Assembly: GCA_030587475.2 (NCBI GenBank)
Contig: JAUQYZ020000139.1
Location: 1-32,807, forward strand
Length of the DNA stretch: 32,807 nucleotides
Source: Candidatus Sigynarchaeum calidifontis
GTDB taxonomy: Archaea; Asgardarchaeota; Lokiarchaeia; Sigyniarchaeales; Sigyniarchaeaceae
Direction of reading: 5' to 3'
In this document: positions 9,564 through 19,472 of the stretch, in pieces
Layout: the number at the start of each line of letters is the position of its first letter
Numbering within the stretch: position 1 is the first letter of the stretch
The notes under the pieces: model-generated
The model's input: the letters and a program-made list of their open reading frames with translations, nothing else
What the model was told of the DNA's origin: nothing
Database searches by the model: none
Position numbers and translations under genes: made by a program

Positions 9564-10298
9564 TCATTCTTTCGGTGTTCCTTGTTTTTGCTTCGTGATT
9601 CCAAGCGCTTCTTTCATATCGTAATTATCCAGCGAGAAATCGAGCAAGCCGTGGCAGACGGGGCATATCTGGTTGGAGGGCGTCTGGAGCCACGAGGCCA
9701 TGCAGATGAAATGGCCGACCCGCTTGCAATGCGGGCACATGAGTAACTGTCCCTCTTGCCTTTTCTTGTCGATCTTCTGGAAGCATATCATGCACGTCGC
9801 TTGGTCGGCGGCCTCGTCCGTGTCGGGATTGTACACGGGCACGCGATCCTCCATGGAGAATGGGTTCCGGCCTTGCACGTGCTGCGCAAGCAGTTCCTTG
9901 TACCGGTCGATGATAACGGCCTTTTCTTCGTCACTACCAGAGAGTTCCGTTCCTTTGTCTGAGGCCATGATGAGTGAATACATTTCCTCGGGCAATTTGC
10001 CCATGATACGATAAGAAAGTGCCATGTTAAGCCATACCTGGCCATCGTCGGCCCGTGCATCGATGATCTTCTTGTAACAGTCGATTTCACTGGTGTAATC
10101 TCCTATCTCCCGGTAGCCCTTTGCGAGCTCGAACCAGAGGCTCGCGTTCTCGGGCACGAGAGAGACTGCTTCCTTCAAGAAATCGATTGATTCGTCGTAT
10201 TCCCCGCACTCGTATGCTTCGGCAGCTTTCATCATCAAGACATTGGCTTTAACTTGCTTCTGCAGATCCTCGGGCAATTCTTGCTTTTTCTCTGCCAT
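9564..10298 (-). CDS. TPR-repeat protein with a C-terminal C4HC3 RING finger (putative E3 ligase)
   Basis: About 3 TPR motifs (aa ~18-115). C169-x2-C-x15-C-x2-C-x4-H-x2-C-x3-W-x8-C-x2-C. Confidence 0.8.
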   Translation of the reverse strand: MAEKKQELPEDLQKQVKANVLMMKAAEAYECGEYDESIDFLKEAVSLVPENASLWFELAKGYREIGDYTSEIDCYKKIIDARADDGQVWLNMALSYRIMGKLPEEMYSLIMASDKGTELSGSDEEKAVIIDRYKELLAQHVQGRNPFSMEDRVPVYNPDTDEAADQATCMICFQKIDKKRQEGQLLMCPHCKRVGHFICMASWLQTPSNQICPVCHGLLDFSLDNYDMKEALGITKQKQGTPKE

Positions 10299-10334
10299 GG
10301 CATCTACCTAATTGAGAATCAAACCGCGATCATT

Positions 10335-11270
10335 TTAACACTTGAGTTTACGATGGTAATAATCGGCGATCCTTGCGGGGATGTCGGCATTGCTCGCCTT
10401 GGAGAGCCCCGTCCAGCCCGGGGCGCAATTTGCCTCGAGCACGATCCAGCTGCCAGTGATACGGGAATGAAGCAGATCCACGCCGGCAATTTCGAGACGT
10501 AATGCCTTCGCAGCCTTCAGGGCAAGATCGATCTCCTCGTTTCCGGGCGAATATGGACGGGGGATAGCTCCCTGATGGACATTGGTCTTCCATTGTGCAT
10601 CCGACGGGCTCTCGCGCATCATGGAACCCGCGAACTCATCCCCGATGACGATGATGCGCACGTCGAACGGGTGCTTGGCTTCGATGCCACCTGGCGCGGA
10701 CCAAGGGTGGTATTGCTGCATGTAAAAAGCACATCCATTGCGGAACAGCTCGATTAACAGGTGCTCGGCCACGCCCCTGTCCTGGATCCGGAAGATGCCC
10801 GTTCCACGGCTGCCGTAGACAGGCTTGATGACCACGTCGCCACCGAGACGATCGAACGCTGCGAGCGCGTGGTTCAAGTTTTCCGTGACGATCGTTGCCG
10901 GCGTCGGGATGCCCGCCGAATCGATGGCTACGGAGGCCAAGGCCTTATTCATGGCCATTTCCGTCGCTCGCGCGCCGTTGATCAGCACCTTGCCGCGTTG
11001 TTCCAAGGCATACAAGACGTCGAGCCGGAAGAACGATTTCGTGAGCGTGGTGATGCCAATCCCGCGCACGATGAAGCCCGGGATCGCATCCAAGTCGATC
11101 TCGGCGTGCGCGAATGCGGGTTTCGACGAGATCCCGATCGCGACGTCCTCGGGGCGCACCATCGCGCAGTTCAAGCCCGATTGCTCGAAGGCGCGCTGGA
11201 GCTGCGCGTTTTCCACGTTGTCTGTAGATCCGCAGATGATCGCGGCATCCGGCGCTCCGCCTCGATGCAT
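10335..11270 (-). CDS. RimK/MptN/CofF-family ATP-grasp alpha-L-glutamate ligase
   Basis: AMNKALAS, GIPTPATIV, VVIKPVYGSRGTGI, DVRIIVIG, WKTNVHQGA, AGVDLL, LEANCAPGW. Confidence 0.9.
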   Translation of the reverse strand: MHRGGAPDAAIICGSTDNVENAQLQRAFEQSGLNCAMVRPEDVAIGISSKPAFAHAEIDLDAIPGFIVRGIGITTLTKSFFRLDVLYALEQRGKVLINGARATEMAMNKALASVAIDSAGIPTPATIVTENLNHALAAFDRLGGDVVIKPVYGSRGTGIFRIQDRGVAEHLLIELFRNGCAFYMQQYHPWSAPGGIEAKHPFDVRIIVIGDEFAGSMMRESPSDAQWKTNVHQGAIPRPYSPGNEEIDLALKAAKALRLEIAGVDLLHSRITGSWIVLEANCAPGWTGLSKASNADIPARIADYYHRKLKC

Positions 11271-11315
11271 GATGGGTATATGGAAAAGGTGGTAAAAAAA
11301 GGCTGGTAGAAAAGA

Positions 11316-12131
11316 TCACATGTTTAAACCACCGGCGACCTCGATCGATATGCCGGTGACGTAGTCCGAGTCCTTCGAGGCCAAAAACTTGACAGCACCC
11401 GCGATGTCCTCGGGGAGACCCATGCGCTGGAGCGGGATTTCCGCCACGAACTTGGCGATGACCTTCTCGGGCATCTTGTCGGTCATGGGAGTCTTTATGA
11501 AGCCAGGCTGGATGCAGTTGGCGTTGATGTTGTATCTTGCCATTTCCTTAGCGATTGTCTTGGTCATGGCGATGACACCTGCCTTTGATGCCGTGTAATT
11601 CGCCTGACCTATGTTGCCACCCTTGGCCACGATGGATGATATGTTAATGATGCGTTTCTTCGGGTAGAAGGCAGGATCCATCTTGACTTCCTTCGCATCC
11701 GGCCCCGCGGGCGCCGGCGCGGCAGCTTCCGCCATCTTCTTGGCAGCGCTCACCCACCTCGCGCATACCGCCTGACAGATGAGGAAGATGCTCTTCAAGT
11801 TGATGTTCAGGACCAAATCATATTCGGCTTCGGTCATCTTCAAGAGCATCGCGTCCTTGGTTATACCCGCGTTGTTCACGACGACGTCCACGTCGCCAAA
11901 TTCGAACGCCTTGGCGACCATGTTTTGCACGTCCGCGGCTTTTGACACGTCACATTTAACGGCAATTGCATCTTTTCCTGTCGATTGGACTTGCTTGACC
12001 GCATCGGCCATCGATGCCTCGTCGACATCTACAATGACGATGTTCATATCCAGATCCTTTGCCAATTTCAAAGCGATGCCGAGTCCTATGCCCCGGCCCG
12101 CGCCAGTGACTATAGCGACTTTCTTGACCAT
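11316..12131 (-). CDS. fabG: 3-oxoacyl-(ACP/CoA) reductase, FabG-like SDR
   Basis: TGAGRGIG, NNAGITKD, NISS, GQANYTASKAG, PGFIKTPMT, IPLQRMGLPEDIA. Confidence 0.9.
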   Translation of the reverse strand: MVKKVAIVTGAGRGIGLGIALKLAKDLDMNIVIVDVDEASMADAVKQVQSTGKDAIAVKCDVSKAADVQNMVAKAFEFGDVDVVVNNAGITKDAMLLKMTEAEYDLVLNINLKSIFLICQAVCARWVSAAKKMAEAAAPAPAGPDAKEVKMDPAFYPKKRIINISSIVAKGGNIGQANYTASKAGVIAMTKTIAKEMARYNINANCIQPGFIKTPMTDKMPEKVIAKFVAEIPLQRMGLPEDIAGAVKFLASKDSDYVTGISIEVAGGLNM

Positions 12132-12262
12132 GGTGTTTTCGCCTTTCGAGCATTACATGATGCAAAACGAACACGAGATGATTGTTTTTAATGCCTATTG
12201 CCATTTAAAGTTTCGACGGGTGGGCTCTCGGGCTCGTAAAATGAAGGATCTCAGGAAAAAAA

Positions 12263-12568
12263 CTAGGGGAAAATGCTCTGCATGTCGCTGATGAACTTTT
12301 GCATCTTTTTTGCGGGCAAGTTCTTGAAATCCGTGCCATAATTGTCGATCGGCTCGTCCTTGTGAAGTAAACCGAGGATCAAGAGCAAAGCATTCTGGAC
12401 AATCGTTCGTGGATCGATATCCTCATCATTGACCGCGTGTGCTTCGATCGCGGTGCAAACTTCAACGATAAGTTTGCCTACCTTCTCGTAATCGACGGCG
12501 CCCTTGTTTTGATACAAGTTAACGATGCTACCATATATCTGGTCTTCAAGGATTTTCTTGGCGATCAT
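12263..12568 (-). CDS. Hypothetical alpha-helical protein
   Basis: 101-aa ATG-started ORF with protein-like composition, co-oriented with its neighbours. No recognised motif. Confidence 0.7.
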   Translation of the reverse strand: MIAKKILEDQIYGSIVNLYQNKGAVDYEKVGKLIVEVCTAIEAHAVNDEDIDPRTIVQNALLLILGLLHKDEPIDNYGTDFKNLPAKKMQKFISDMQSIFP

Positions 12569-12847
12569 TTACGCTCGTCCATGCTTTTCTTGCAAATATG
12601 GGGATATATATTTAATTCCTTCACATGCAAAGATCCTCAACATAACACTTGCACGGGTATAAAAAAGGCTTATCTTTCGAATAATATTTCTATTTCTGTG
12701 TTATCGAGATGACACGCCACAGATTTGGGAAAGCGTGAATAAATACGAACGATGGCCAAAAAAGTACTCATTATTGGCGGCTTTTGTCCGACAAAAACCG
12801 ATTCGACCCTTGATTGTTGGGAGATAATACAAGTCGAACATCGCGTT

Positions 12848-13813
12848 TCAGTGGCCATTCAGCGTCTTGGGGAACCTCTCAAGTAGGGTTTTAACGGTCG
12901 TGTACTTCGACACTTCCCCCGAGAATTTCTCCTTGAAAAGGCCTGTTTGAGCGAAGAGTGGGGAGATCGATGCTTGAAAGATGTGCGCGAGCTCTGGATC
13001 TCCTTCACTCATGACGATAAAGGAGAAATCATCTTGGAAAAGGATTTTTCGACCCGTGTCGTTGATAGGGAAAAAGTTGACAATCAACCGCCGCTCCGTG
13101 AACGAGAAAAAATCCGTGAACTTGAAGCTAAGATACGTGCAAGACGTGCCTTGGATGGTGGATTCAAATGACAACGTCGAAAGCTGGGCAGAGATCAAGT
13201 TTTCGAGGACGGATCGTGCGTCCTCGGTATCGGCAACCGTGATGCGGAAGTGCGAGACGATGTCCTCGTAAAAGCTTGAGGCGATAGGCAAGCCTTGCAC
13301 TGCCACCGCGGAGAACAGGAGTTTCATGGATTTTTGACTGCTACCCGATTCATCTATCATGAGTTCCGTTTCGACCTCGGCCATGAGTTGTTGCGTGGCC
13401 ATGACCTCGCGGTAGATATCGTCACTGATGCTTTCAAACTCTGCCGGGTTCTCCGCGATTTTCTCGATGAGTTTACTATTTATCTTTACACGTTCACAAA
13501 TCTTATCGATAAAAAGATCGAGCAATTGCATTGCTGATGCGTTATCACGAAGCTCCGACTCTATGTAGTCCAAGCAAAAATGCAGAATGATTTCTTTCTT
13601 GTCATAAAACGTTTTCGTGCGCACGAACATGACATGGTTTTCGAGGCGATCGACACCCCGATAGGGGATATGTCCGATTTCCTCCAGCCGCCCGTCCCGG
13701 ACGTTCTGGGCAAACGAGATTGCATATTTCACGAGCAACAGGTAGTGCGTGATCTCAATGGAGGAGCTCCATAGGATGTTATCCGCACTTTCTATGATTC
13801 CAATTGATGGCAT
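12848..13813 (-). CDS. Hypothetical protein with two putative longin/roadblock-like alpha/beta domains (paralog B)
   Basis: Clear ORF that shares several collinear blocks with 13991..15181. Contains a roadblock-like 'GLPIAS' motif. The fold is inferred. Confidence 0.6.
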   Translation of the reverse strand: MPSIGIIESADNILWSSSIEITHYLLLVKYAISFAQNVRDGRLEEIGHIPYRGVDRLENHVMFVRTKTFYDKKEIILHFCLDYIESELRDNASAMQLLDLFIDKICERVKINSKLIEKIAENPAEFESISDDIYREVMATQQLMAEVETELMIDESGSSQKSMKLLFSAVAVQGLPIASSFYEDIVSHFRITVADTEDARSVLENLISAQLSTLSFESTIQGTSCTYLSFKFTDFFSFTERRLIVNFFPINDTGRKILFQDDFSFIVMSEGDPELAHIFQASISPLFAQTGLFKEKFSGEVSKYTTVKTLLERFPKTLNGH

Positions 13814-13990
13814 ATCTTCCGCGGCTCGGGTAATGGATGAAAAGGGATCCGATGCACTGTCTCGATTTTAAAAAAACAATGTAGATAAGCGATTGACGGA
13901 ATTTATACAGCGCGTTTTTCAAAAAAAGAGCCCGGTAAAGGAAAAGATAGAATGAATTGGCTTAATTCTTGTCTTAGATTCACACAAGAT

Positions 13991-15181
13991 CTATACGGTC
14001 TTGATCTCGTCGTCTTCCTTGTCATGATCCTCTTTATCATATGAATCTTCTTCTATCTCGTCTTCCTGGAAATTAAGCGTCATGCTACTCCTATCAAGGT
14101 TTGTCTTTTTCTCGTCAACCTTCTTCTCATCGATTTTTTCTACAGTATTCTCTTCAGACTTGGTATAATCCACGTGATCGGACGGTTGGACGAATTCATC
14201 GGGAATATGCTCGAACAAGTCGAATTTTTCAGGGAGATCGGCAAGGACACCCGCTAATTGTTCGAAGTCTTTCAAGTTCCCTCGGAATTGCACCTGGAGA
14301 TGCTTTTCCAGCATCGGCTGGCACGCGATTATGAAGCCATCGATCTCCTCGCGCTTGCCTTGGAAGCATACTTCGAGCGTGTATTGTTTCTGGAAACCTA
14401 TGGGGAAAAAAGCGATCTTGAGCTGTGTCGGCTCCATGGACTCGATGTTCGTGTAATTGATCGTGATCTCCGTGATGCGTGTACCCGCTTGGATGAGCGA
14501 CGAGTTGAGGATCGCGGAGAATTGCGCCGAGATCAACGACCGGACGATTTCATCCGGGGGCAAGTTTTCGTTCTTCGGGATCTTGAACATCGACACGAGT
14601 TCTTTGCCGTAAAGCCTGTTCCTGACGGGTACACCGGCGGTCGAGATGCCGATGTAATGGATCCGTGTGAGGGAATAATCGGCTTCCGCTACCAGGAAGT
14701 CTTCATCTGATTCTTGCATGTCGTGGATGAGACTGATGCCTTGATCGACCTTGTCCGCAGCACGATTCAATTTCCTCGTGAACTCCTCGAGTTTTTCATT
14801 ATAAAGCTTCTCGATCCGCTTGACCGGGAGGGCATCTTCGATCTCGTTCGTGAAATTATCGATGATTTGTTGCTGGAAGCGCGGGGGAAGTTTCTCGTCC
14901 GATCCCGATACCACGTACATGAGCATTTTCTCGTTCACGACGCGTGCCTGGACGAGGGTCGTAAAGGGCTTGTTATCAATTTCGTGCCGGATCTTGTAGA
15001 GCCTCCCGTCGTGGATGTTCATGGCGAACGAGTTCGTGTAATTCACAACTTGAAGCAGCGGATCGAATTGCTCGTTGGATTTGAACAGGATTTCTTGATC
15101 TAAGATGACACCATAGTTGACCAGATGCACGTCCACGGTCTGGGGCGCACCTTCATCGAGCACGGGGGGCTTCTCTTCCAT
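13991..15181 (-). CDS. Hypothetical protein with two putative longin/roadblock-like domains and an acidic tail (paralog A)
   Basis: Paralog of 12848..13813. Ends in EDEIEEDSYDKEDHDKEDDEIKTV. Confidence 0.6.
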   Translation of the reverse strand: MEEKPPVLDEGAPQTVDVHLVNYGVILDQEILFKSNEQFDPLLQVVNYTNSFAMNIHDGRLYKIRHEIDNKPFTTLVQARVVNEKMLMYVVSGSDEKLPPRFQQQIIDNFTNEIEDALPVKRIEKLYNEKLEEFTRKLNRAADKVDQGISLIHDMQESDEDFLVAEADYSLTRIHYIGISTAGVPVRNRLYGKELVSMFKIPKNENLPPDEIVRSLISAQFSAILNSSLIQAGTRITEITINYTNIESMEPTQLKIAFFPIGFQKQYTLEVCFQGKREEIDGFIIACQPMLEKHLQVQFRGNLKDFEQLAGVLADLPEKFDLFEHIPDEFVQPSDHVDYTKSEENTVEKIDEKKVDEKKTNLDRSSMTLNFQEDEIEEDSYDKEDHDKEDDEIKTV

Positions 15182-15361
15182 TTACCATGCAACCTTGGTG
15201 CTTGGGTTTGACCTTGCATGCAGAAAATACATATACGCTTCGATCTGTCCGTGCACACAAATTATCCAGCGTGTGCAGATTCCGGCGGTATATGCGGTAA
15301 AAGAAGAAGATCGGGGAAAAAAAGGGATCGTTTGTGGGGAAAATATACCACGCGAGATTCC

Positions 15362-16453
15362 CTAGCACACTTTTTCTACCCATCCATACGGGTCTTTTTT
15401 CGCCCCATACTGGATCGCCACCAGGTCGTCGTATAGGCGCTGCGTGATCTTCCCCACTTTCCCGCCGTTGATGACCATGCACTTGTCCTTGTAGCAAAGC
15501 TCGCCGACCGGCGTCACGACGGCCGCGGTACCCGTGCCGAACGCCTCGGTGAGCGTGCCGTTCTCCCACGCGGTGATGACCTCGTCGATGCTCACTTGCC
15601 TCTCCTCGACCTTGTACCCGTAATCCTTGGCCATGACAAGGATCGAGTCCCTCGTCACTCCTGGCAAGATGCTACCCGTGAGCGGCGCGGTGATGATCTT
15701 GCCATCGATGACGAAGAACTGGTTCATGGTACCGACCTCCTCGACATACTTGTGCTGGGCAGCGTCGAGCCAGAGCACTTGCGTGTACCCTTTTTCATGG
15801 GCCTTCTTTGCGGCAAGCAAGGATGCCGCGTAGTTGCCCCCTGCCTTGGTGAAGCCGACACCGCCAGGCGCGGCGCGGACGTAATTTTCCTCGACCAGTA
15901 TCTTGACCGGGTTGAATCCCGTCGAGTAATACGCGCCGACTGGCGACAAGATGATGTAGAAGAGGTATTCCGTCGATGGTTGCACGCCGAGGATGGCCTT
16001 GGTGCCGATGTACGTCGGCCTGATGTAGAGCGACGTCATGGGCGATTTCGGTACCCAGTCTTTATCGACCCTGACGAGCTCCTTCATGGCCTCCAGCACG
16101 AACGCCTTGTCGAAGGGCTGCATGACCATGCGCTCGGCGGATGCTTGCATCCTTTCCAAGTTTTTCATTGGCCGGAAGAGATAAATCTCGCCATTCTTCC
16201 ACCGGTAGGCTTTTAGGCCCTCGAAAATCTCCTGACCGTAGTGGAACACGATGGCCGCGGGATCGAGCGTGATCGGCCCGTACGGCGTGATCTTGGCATC
16301 GTACCATCCTTTATCCTTTTCTTTCGCCTTGGATTCCGAGTATTTCATTGAAAACATGTGATCCGTGAATATTTGCCCGAATCCGAGCTTGGATTCATCA
16401 TCGGGCAGTTTGCCGCGTTTGTTTTGCGGTTTCAACTCTTTTTTTAATTCCAT
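15362..16453 (-). CDS. ilvE: Branched-chain amino acid aminotransferase
   Basis: FGQIFTDHM, HYGQEIFEGLKAY, LYIRP, KAGGNYAAS, EEVGTMN, ILPGVTRDS, EAFGTGTAAVVTPV. Confidence 0.97.
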   Translation of the reverse strand: MELKKELKPQNKRGKLPDDESKLGFGQIFTDHMFSMKYSESKAKEKDKGWYDAKITPYGPITLDPAAIVFHYGQEIFEGLKAYRWKNGEIYLFRPMKNLERMQASAERMVMQPFDKAFVLEAMKELVRVDKDWVPKSPMTSLYIRPTYIGTKAILGVQPSTEYLFYIILSPVGAYYSTGFNPVKILVEENYVRAAPGGVGFTKAGGNYAASLLAAKKAHEKGYTQVLWLDAAQHKYVEEVGTMNQFFVIDGKIITAPLTGSILPGVTRDSILVMAKDYGYKVEERQVSIDEVITAWENGTLTEAFGTGTAAVVTPVGELCYKDKCMVINGGKVGKITQRLYDDLVAIQYGAKKDPYGWVEKVC

Positions 16454-16556
16454 GTGATCATCTTTAGTTGATGTGGTGATTGGTGGTAATCTGGAAGCAT
16501 GGGTTTAACTAAAGATCTTAGGTCGACGGGGAAATTTCAAATAAGCATCGGCCTTA

Positions 16557-17732
16557 ATGGAAATCATGAAGCCGCTATCGGCCAAGCTAGCTGGCGTACC
16601 TAAATCGAGCATCCGGAAACTCTTCGACTTGTTATCTTCCAAGGAGGAAGCGATCAGCCTGGGTATCGGCCAGCCCGATTTTCCCGCCCCGCAAGCCGTC
16701 ATCGACGCGACCGTGGCGGCGCTGAAGGAAGGAAAGGGTTCCGTCTATGCACCAACCATGGGGATCCCGCGGCTCAAGAGCATCATTGCCAAGAAACTGG
16801 AGAAAGAGAACCGCATAGTCGTGGATCCCGAAAAAAACGTGATGGTCACGAACGGCGGCAGCGGCTCGATCACGCTCGCGTTCGCGGCCATCCTGAACCC
16901 CGGGGACGAGATCATAATGTTCTCCCCGAACTTCCTATCCTATTTCTACGTGGCGAGTTACTTCGATGCTCGGGTGATAGAAGCACCACGTCGCCCCGAT
17001 TTCGGCCCCTCCCTTGACGCGCTCGGGAAGCTCGTAACTCCCAAGACCAAGGCTGTTATCATCAATTCTCCGAATAACCCTACAGGATACGCGTATACCC
17101 GCAATGAGATCGAGGCTATCGCTTCGTTTTGCATCGAGCATGACTTGTACTTGATCAGCGACGAGGTTTACGAGAAGATCATCTACGATGGCTTCACGCA
17201 CGTGAGCCCGGCATCGTTGAACGGGATGGCCGACCGGACGATCACGTTAAACGCTGCTTCAAAAACCCTCTCCCTCACGGGCTTCAGGATCGGGTACCTC
17301 GCCGCGCCGGAATCCATGCTTCCGTTGATGGAAAACTTTATCCAGTACACGAGCGCGGGTGCGAATCATCCTTGCCAGTACGGCGTTGCAGCTGGTCTCG
17401 AGCAAGCACTTTCGAATCCTGGCTCGATCGACCCCGTGATCAAGGCTTACCAGAAAAAGCGGGACGCATGTCATGCGCGATTGAACGAGGCCGGTCTCGA
17501 GTGCCCGAAACCCCGCGGCGCGTTCTACATCATGCCACGCGTGGATGCAACTGGCATGGACGGCAATGCCTTTTCCCAGCGTCTCGTCGAGGCAAGTGGC
17601 GTCGCCGTGGTGCCCGGTAGCGGCTTTGGGAAATATTCAAAAGACATGGTGCGCATCTCCTACGCGATCGACGATCGCAAGCTCGACGATGCATTGTCCC
17701 GGATCGAGCGATTCGTCAAGTCAATACATTGA
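16557..17732 (+). CDS. Class I/II PLP-dependent (aspartate/aromatic) aminotransferase
   Basis: ISLGIGQPDF, NSPNNPTG, SDEVYE, SKTLSLTGFRIGY, GAFY, VRISYA. Confidence 0.95.
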   Translation: MEIMKPLSAKLAGVPKSSIRKLFDLLSSKEEAISLGIGQPDFPAPQAVIDATVAALKEGKGSVYAPTMGIPRLKSIIAKKLEKENRIVVDPEKNVMVTNGGSGSITLAFAAILNPGDEIIMFSPNFLSYFYVASYFDARVIEAPRRPDFGPSLDALGKLVTPKTKAVIINSPNNPTGYAYTRNEIEAIASFCIEHDLYLISDEVYEKIIYDGFTHVSPASLNGMADRTITLNAASKTLSLTGFRIGYLAAPESMLPLMENFIQYTSAGANHPCQYGVAAGLEQALSNPGSIDPVIKAYQKKRDACHARLNEAGLECPKPRGAFYIMPRVDATGMDGNAFSQRLVEASGVAVVPGSGFGKYSKDMVRISYAIDDRKLDDALSRIERFVKSIH

Positions 17733-17772
17733 GCGAGGGAGCTGTGGGAAGTTGGAACCTAGCGCGCGAGAA

Positions 17773-18279
17773 ATGATGAAGGAAGATCTCAAGAAGACGA
17801 TGCTCGCTCTCGATGAAATCTCCGATGCCATGTCGAATGCCACGTTTGACATAATCGGGCACCTTAGCATGGAAGAGGCGCGTATCCTCCGCAAATTCAG
17901 GGAAAAGCAAGCCGAGCATAAAAAAGTGAAGGATCTCATTTATGAAGCGGATCAAGCCCTCGATTCCTTGTTGCACGAGAACGCCAAGCCAAAGAAGATC
18001 GACGACGCCTTCAAGAAGGTCAAGGAGCTCCGGGACAAGAAGATCGCCGTGTCGGAAGAGATACGCTCGCTAGAAAAGCAGCTCGAGTCCTTGAAGATAG
18101 GGAAGGAAGGTGGCGGGTTGATTCAGGAAGCCTTGACTTCGAACTTCGATGCACTCCTGGGCAAGGTCCGGCGCATTTCCATGCTGTTCCCGGATCTCTA
18201 TGCAGAAGTCGAGCACGAAATACAAACGTTCTACAAGATCCAGCGCGACCTGGCTGATTCGCCAACCTTCAAAATTTAA
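17773..18279 (+). CDS. Coiled-coil hypothetical protein
   Basis: Frame of ORF 17545..18279. The true start is probably ATG 17773/17776, after the aminotransferase stop. Charged heptad-rich sequence. Confidence 0.7.
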   Translation: MMKEDLKKTMLALDEISDAMSNATFDIIGHLSMEEARILRKFREKQAEHKKVKDLIYEADQALDSLLHENAKPKKIDDAFKKVKELRDKKIAVSEEIRSLEKQLESLKIGKEGGGLIQEALTSNFDALLGKVRRISMLFPDLYAEVEHEIQTFYKIQRDLADSPTFKI

Positions 18280-18282
18280 CGG

Positions 18283-19278
18283 TCAAGTTCGCAAACGGAG
18301 CAATGACCCGTCCGACGCGATCGAGAGCAGCTGCTGGCCCCCCGCGCAAGCCACGAGCTGCTCGGCAGCGCGGTCGTGAGACTGGAAGCAAGCGAGCTGC
18401 TCCGCGCGGGTGCACGTGGAGCCAAAGGGCGCCAGCAACCAGGCACCGATCGACCCGTCCGCGCTGGCAGTCCAGATCATCACGCCATCACCTTGCCGTG
18501 CTACCGGTAGCACGTCGAGCAGCTTGGCCTGCGCGCTCCGGATGACGAAAAGCGGTTCGGTTGCTCCATCCTTCCACGCTGCGACCACGCCATCGCCTCC
18601 AGCTGAAATATACGAGATATCTCCAATAGAAATACCACAGTTACTGGATAAGGCCTTCATCGAGAAGACGGGCCCGTCGTGACCCTTGAACGTTTCCTTG
18701 AGGGCAAGCGTATCGAGGTCGAACGATGCGATGCTACCGTTCACGTTTCCGGTAACGAGCAAGGGTTTATCATCATCGGGCAAGATGGCGAGCGAGAGCA
18801 CCCCGTGCTTCGGGGACTTGTTGCTGGCGATCAGGTCGAGCGACGGGAATCGCCACGACCGGATCCAGCCGTCCAACCCGCCCGTGACGAGAACCCGATC
18901 GCGCGCGTCGAACGCTCCCGCGAAGATGCCGCGAGAATGTGCGCCATCCCGATGCGCGATGCCATGCAGATCAACGCTGTCCAGGATGGTGATGGATCCA
19001 TCGCCCGCTAGTATCACGAGATTACCATCGTTGGTAACTAAAATTCGCTCGATACTTGCATCGACGCGAGTTTTCTTGATTCCCGTCCCGGACGCCAGCG
19101 GCCACGAGAACAGCCACCCGTCCTCTCGCCCCGTAAACACCCGCGCCTCGTCGTGGGACAGCGCCATGCAGAAGGTGCGGTTGCCCCCGTTGAGATTCTG
19201 CCGGGGGAGCAGCGCTTCTATCTGCACGTCGATCCGGGGGATATAATCCCCCAGACAAGCTTTCGTCGGGCCGCGCAA
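18283..19278 (-). CDS. WD40-repeat beta-propeller protein (~7 blades)
   Basis: Repeats such as AHSRGIFAGAF...VTGGLDGWIRSW, GHDGPVFSM...SAGGDGVVAAW and TASADGSIGAW. TTG start is uncertain. Confidence 0.88.
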   Translation of the reverse strand: MRGPTKACLGDYIPRIDVQIEALLPRQNLNGGNRTFCMALSHDEARVFTGREDGWLFSWPLASGTGIKKTRVDASIERILVTNDGNLVILAGDGSITILDSVDLHGIAHRDGAHSRGIFAGAFDARDRVLVTGGLDGWIRSWRFPSLDLIASNKSPKHGVLSLAILPDDDKPLLVTGNVNGSIASFDLDTLALKETFKGHDGPVFSMKALSSNCGISIGDISYISAGGDGVVAAWKDGATEPLFVIRSAQAKLLDVLPVARQGDGVMIWTASADGSIGAWLLAPFGSTCTRAEQLACFQSHDRAAEQLVACAGGQQLLSIASDGSLLRLRT

Positions 19279-19472
19279 GCTGATCGTGTTCCAGAATGCG
19301 CCGTGCAGAGATAAGGATCCTCGTTATATCTCCTAGTGAAACCTTGTCATCCGCTTGGGCATCTTGATTGAAGCGGATCACATGTGGAGGTGCGGAAGCA
19401 TGGATTTAAGACGAAGAATCGGATTACTAATCAAGGGAATCTCTCATCATCAAATCACGGTTGATCCATAAT

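Noticed and set aside
15186-15277. 7-bp inverted repeats (CATGCAA/TTGCATG; TGCACAC/GTGTGCA) upstream of paralog A
   Set aside because: Short with long spacers, so they are compatible with chance and have no supporting evidence.
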